64,000 bases of DNA from Mayamaea pseudoterrestris (taxonomy: Eukaryota). A program made the translations under genes and the position numbers. The number at the start of each line of letters is the position of its first letter. The stretch's first letter is position 1. Positions 58,987 to 64,000 of the stretch are shown in pieces. Below the pieces are notes generated by a model that worked only from the letters and a program-made list of their open reading frames with translations, ran no database searches and was not told where the DNA came from. The stretch is from NCBI GenBank assembly GCA_027923505.1, contig BROI01000002.1, positions 1,178,001 through 1,242,000 of the forward strand. The letters run 5' to 3'.

Positions 58987-61900
58987 TCATTCACCACTGT
59001 CAAAACCGGGCCTATTGCGGATAGCCCCATTTAAGAGACTCTGGTAGTCTTCAGTCGAAACGCTGTGCGCGGCTTTACAAATGCTCGAGGGAACGCCATC
59101 GCCGATAAGTTTAAAGACCTTCGCCACGTCAGCTGGTAGGTCTGGATCTGTGGGCAGGAGATCCTCCTCATCCGGCACAGTTATCAAACTTTGTCGCAAT
59201 AGACGACGAGTCCGGGGAGTGTTGGCGGATGGATACGCACTTGCAAAAAGTCTCACCGAATTGCTAAAGGTGAGTGGACCCAATCGGATCGTTTTTTCGC
59301 CAAGCGAGGGAATGCCGATTGTGTGACGATTCGTGAGCAAAACCTTGACATTCCGTGTTTCGCGCAGCAAATCACCGAGAAACATGGGGAATTCACTAAT
59401 TTCATCCGTATCTTCCAGCAAGTCAACACGATCAAAGACGACCAGCACTTTGTCATTCTTTAAAATACGACACACAATCTCTGACAGGACTTCGATTCGA
59501 GAATTTTCGTCGGGAAGCTCCTGAATTTTATTAGCTTCAGCCAGTTTTTGCAGCAATCGCCATACAACAGCCTGAGCTCGATTCGCCGTCCAATGTTGTT
59601 TCGTTTTGACAAAATAAATTTGTTCGATCTCTGTCATGGTACTCGCGCGTTCATTTATATAGTGACAAAGGGCGCACGCGAGCGATGAACGACCAATGCC
59701 CGCTTCGCCTGTGACGCTGACCAATCTCGTCTCCAATACTAAACGTAACAAGTGGTACATTTCAACTTCGCGTCCCAGAAAATGCTCAGGTGGTAGGGGT
59801 GATGGATCCTCTTGTATCATGTTACGAACGCTGAGTTCGGACGCTCTCGTACCGCCAGCATGGCGAAGTCGCTTTCCTCGGCGCCCCTTACCATTTTTGT
59901 CAACAGGCCATTCGTAGACTGGTTTTGCGTTAAATATTGTCACTTGATGATTACCATCCTCGGGTAGAAGACGGAACTTGTCCATTTCTCGCTCGGCGTC
60001 GCGAAGGTTTGGCGTGGCTCGCACAGCATTACAGCCAAGATCGAAAGCTTCCTTGACAGTATTCCCAACGGCCAACGACAAGTAGAACTGTCGAGTGAAC
60101 GCAATGGCAGCTGTGTCTTTTAGTTCGGATTCTTGACGGCAACAAACGACGTGCGGAACTCCGGCCTCGGCAAATGTCCTCCCTGCATTTTCGGAGTGGC
60201 AAGCTGACACAAAGACAAATCGAAACGAAGCACCTTCTTCTCGCTTGATTATATCCTTGATCTTTTGCACACTAAACCATTGGGGCCCTCCTTTGTCCTC
60301 AAACGGCAAAAAATCTGGATGCCCGTGGCCTGAGTAGTGAAGGCAGCCACACCGTTTCGATATTGCTGCAAGAAATCGATCGTGCGTTGCCGTGTCAAAC
60401 GACAGTTCTATATCACGCGATGCCTCTTTGAGGCACTGCCACATGTGTTCTCTTTCCAAAGTAAATTCAAGTTTTGCAAAGGGACACAATCGATTTCTTT
60501 CGTCAGTGTATACAAGAGGCGCGGAAAATAGAACGGTGATCATATTGTCGCCCTTCGATATTAGCTCCCCGGCATGTGCATGTACAGCTGGGCTTGTATC
60601 GTCATCCTCCACAATCGTTAGCAAGTGTCGTTCGTCGACGATTCCGTCATGATCTCGATAGAAGAGACTACTTTCGTTTATGTCCGCATCCTTTTGGGCC
60701 TGCCTATCGCTCATAAAGCGTTGCAAAAGCATTTTTCGGGCTCGAATGCACAAGGATCCGAGCCTCGATTTTTGAGGGGCAGTCAATTCCGGAATGTTAC
60801 CATTCAATCGAAGAAACCCGAGCACTGAATCATTCATCGCAGAAGATAGCTCGTTCAAAATGTGGTCAATAGCGCCTTGGCTGAACTTGTTACCGGACAA
60901 ATTAAAATGAGTCAAACAAGTGTTCTTCAGGAGAGCTGAAACAAGTACGTTCATGAATTCTAGATCATGATCGTTTAGAACAAGTCCATTTGCTGACAAA
61001 TCCAGTGAATGAAGCTCGAGTGCGTTGTGTTTTAGTAAGGTCACTAACTCGAGCCAAGCCTTTCCTAAATGAAGCCCATTATTCGCAAGGTACAGGGTGT
61101 GTAGAGGTGACTTCCAGCCCTTTCTCGTTTGGCTTCGCCCCGTCCGATGATTGTACCGGAAGTGGTCAACATAACCAGTTAGTACTTTCAGAACTGCGTT
61201 TCCGGCCAAGATGCGGTTTCCCGAAAGGTCAAGCTGTTCGAGCGAGCAGCCAGAATCCTTGTCATGAACAAGAGCCAGTAAACTGGCACATAGTTCATCA
61301 CCAAGCTGGTTGCCACTCAGATCAAGAACAGTCAAGGACGACAAGGGAGCTTGTACCGGCAAAGCGGACAAAGGACTCTTCACGTCACCCAATAACTTAA
61401 AGAACGCTGCCCACGACGAAGCTTGAATTTTCGGCGAACGGCGTACAGCGAAGAAGCAATATCTGCCTTGGCCGCCGTATCCAACTGGCTGTCCTTCCAG
61501 TTGCGGCAACTCGCGAGTCGCCGAAAGCCTCCCCATTGTTTCCAATATCGAAACCAGCGCTTTCATGTCTCTGTCATTCAACAGTCCATCGAAAGTAAGG
61601 TTTGATATCCACGGAGGTAATGAACCGGCTAGTATTGCAAGTATCGCACCACCTTCTTCTGACGCTACTTCAACTTCTGCATCGCCAGCAACCGTGATGT
61701 CTAACCTCTTTGAAAAAGTGAGTCCTCGAATCATGGGACAGAGATAAAGCGCTTGCACAAGCGACTCCGAGAACTCGCCCGAAAACGAACTGTTTGTAAA
61801 TCCAAGAAGCCAGTGAGCTTGCGAACCTCCAAGCTGCGCCTCTTCTCTCGCACAAACTCGTGATAAAAGCTGGCCTTCTCGCCTGAACGAAAAATACCTT

Positions 61901-64000
61901 CGCTGCGGCATCAACAGCGACCTAAAGTTGAATGAAGCCTGAGACCGGAGTTTGTAAATAGGGAGAGCAATGTCTTGAAGTAAAGGTGACGGAAAACACC
62001 ATTCCAGGAACGTTCGAACGTGAGAAGAAAGCTGAAGGTCCAAGCAATTATCTGTCTCCTGCTCATCGTTCCGCATAACTAGATCGTGGGATAAAATCCA
62101 ATGCGTTTCTGTTTCGCTGCTTGAGAATGGATAAACTTGTCGCGAAAGAAGGTTGTCGCTTGAATGAGCATCTCCACTACTACGTGGCTTGACTTGCAGC
62201 TTTTCGTTAGACAGCTCTCCAGCATACATATCCCTGTACTGTTTAATCATTGAATCTCTTAGAAGAGCCGTGTCCTTATCGGTGGTAAAATTTTCAAACA
62301 AGTTGTCACAGGCAGAGCTGTCATCACTCCTCGAGAAGTCCGACATTTCACGGATCAAGTTCGTCACCATCGGATCACTCGATTCTTTTACCGCAAATGC
62401 CCATACATTTCCTATCAATTGCCTGATTTCTTGTCTAGCCATGGACTGAATGATAAAGGAACGCTCTAGACAAAATAGATCAGCAAGAATTTGGGGGCTG
62501 TTACCGGCTAGGTCGTCGTCTGTGAACTCGAGGCATTGGAAAGTCTGGTTAATGTAAGTCGACGCTTCGCCTCCGTTACGAATAATATCGTCCTGGAGAA
62601 GATAAGGAAGAAGCTTGTCGACCACCCTGATCTTAAGCGGTTCCGACCAAGCTAACGCAGCCACGCCTCGGAGTACATTGTCTTGAACTTCTTTAATGAA
62701 GTTCCGAGTTGGGCTTTTACAGTCTGTCCCAGCGACTTGCCGCAAAACCTTGTAGAAGCCAAATAGGACGTCGTCTGCCCAATGAGAGAAGCCGATCTCT
62801 GCAATAGATTCCGAAAGTAAAAGGGGTGCCATTGAGGCTAGCGATCTGCAAGTCTCAACCAAAAGGTTTAATAGCTGTAAGTCGACAACGCCGTCGCTGG
62901 GTACGCATAAGCGTGATGCAATACATAGCAGCGATCCAAGTCCGCCGCTCTCTGCGGTCTCTTTACAGCCATGAATTAACAACTCGCGAATATCCCCCGA
63001 CGCTTCACGTTTCCTCTGGTGTTTTGGATCAGCTATCGGATCTAAAATGTTGGCAAGGCCGCAAACTGCTTCGTGAAGATCTTTGAAACATTCGTCGTTC
63101 AGGTCTTTCAGTCCCTGCGACTGGTGAAGTTCCTCATCATGTCGACTAAGGCATTGTTTGAGGGTGACTCCCAGCGCTTTCGCCGCTCCTATGCGACAAA
63201 GTAGGCTGCGTGTTTGCCGTCGCGTGTTTGTGTCTTCGCTTAAAACACGAAGCGCCTCAACGGCAACTGACCTTAACTTCTTTTCCTCTGATAAAGCCAT
63301 TTCGACAAAATGGTTAATAGCACCGCTGTCAATAATTTGTCTGGAAGTGAGCATCGTGTAAGATAAATCACAATATGTCATTGCATTGTGAAGAAAATTA
63401 TAACTGCATGACTTACTGAACGACCACATCCTGCTTGTCGGACGAAGCAAGCAGGAATATTTCCAGATCATCTTCACCAAACACATTCGCTCGTGTAATA
63501 GCACCCGCTGCTAGCTTCAGGAGAGCTCTGCCGGCAAAGAATGCACCTTCCTTCCGATCACGATGCTCGCACAAAAACTGAATTAGCGGAGTTACGCCAT
63601 TGGCCTCGACAACAGCTGCCCGCGTGTGGGGAGCAACGCAAAGTGACGATAGGATACGAGCAATTGCAAGTTGAACATCTCGGGGAAAGCCATATTCGTT
63701 CTCGTCGAACAAGGTGACTATTCCTTGGAGTACGCCTTCATTGACCATTTGTGAGTGTATCCAGCCGGCCATATATTTGTCCTCAATCGAAGTCAAATGG
63801 CTTAATGCAGACGACGCTGTGCGTATCTTTTCTGGGTCTTTGGATCGAATCCATTCAACAATAATGCCCAAAATGCCTTCCCGCACAGCAATTGGCCTCG
63901 CTGCCTCCACGGCACAAACTTGTTCCAGAAGTGTGCACCGCCAGCTATTCAGGTTTTCGCCATTCTCATCAATTGTGCTTATTTCGTCCCTTGCCATGTA
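58987..64000 (-). CDS. Large ARM-repeat, LRR, CHAT protease and STAND-like NTPase protein; intron 63341-63416; may start beyond the window
   Basis: ARM-like helices; LRRs LTVLDLSGNQL, LEQLDLSGNRI, LHTLYLANNGL, LHSLDLSANGL, LTHFNLSGNKF; CHAT motifs VLFSAPL, LHYSGHG, VFVSACHS, AFTRQFY; NTPase FLGREVE, GEAGIGRS, LVVFDRVD, LLTNR. Confidence 0.88.

Overview
Gene-dense eukaryotic nuclear DNA, most likely from a (pennate) diatom. This rests on short GT-AG introns, bipartite plastid presequences with ASAFAP-type cleavage motifs, and a CoDi-like Ty1/copia retroelement. The window opens inside an LTR, followed by a defective copia element (gag-protease-integrase, no RT/RNase H before the next LTR) inserted beside a CpG-depleted decayed repeat. 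About 25 protein genes follow: DOMON/cytochrome b561, a sulfotransferase-like membrane protein, an EGF protein, an SDR, organellar TrpRS, a 2OG-Fe(II) oxygenase, ECM29 (frameshifted), a CK1/VRK kinase with FHA-like tail, three paralogous membrane-anchored sulfatases, an Asp/Asn beta-hydroxylase, an arrestin, RPS5, a RING/CUE E3 ligase, a methyltransferase, a CCCH-WD40 protein and citramalate synthase. The most unusual items are: (1) a putatively plastid-targeted protein made of six tandem CysRS-type anticodon-binding modules plus a SAP domain, a candidate modular RNA reader; (2) an intact solo copia gag with no pol or LTRs; (3) an ARM-LRR-CHAT protease-STAND NTPase protein; (4) two equal-length 79-bp inverted-repeat elements; (5) the sulfatase triplet. 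All domain calls come from motif recognition by eye; no searches were run.
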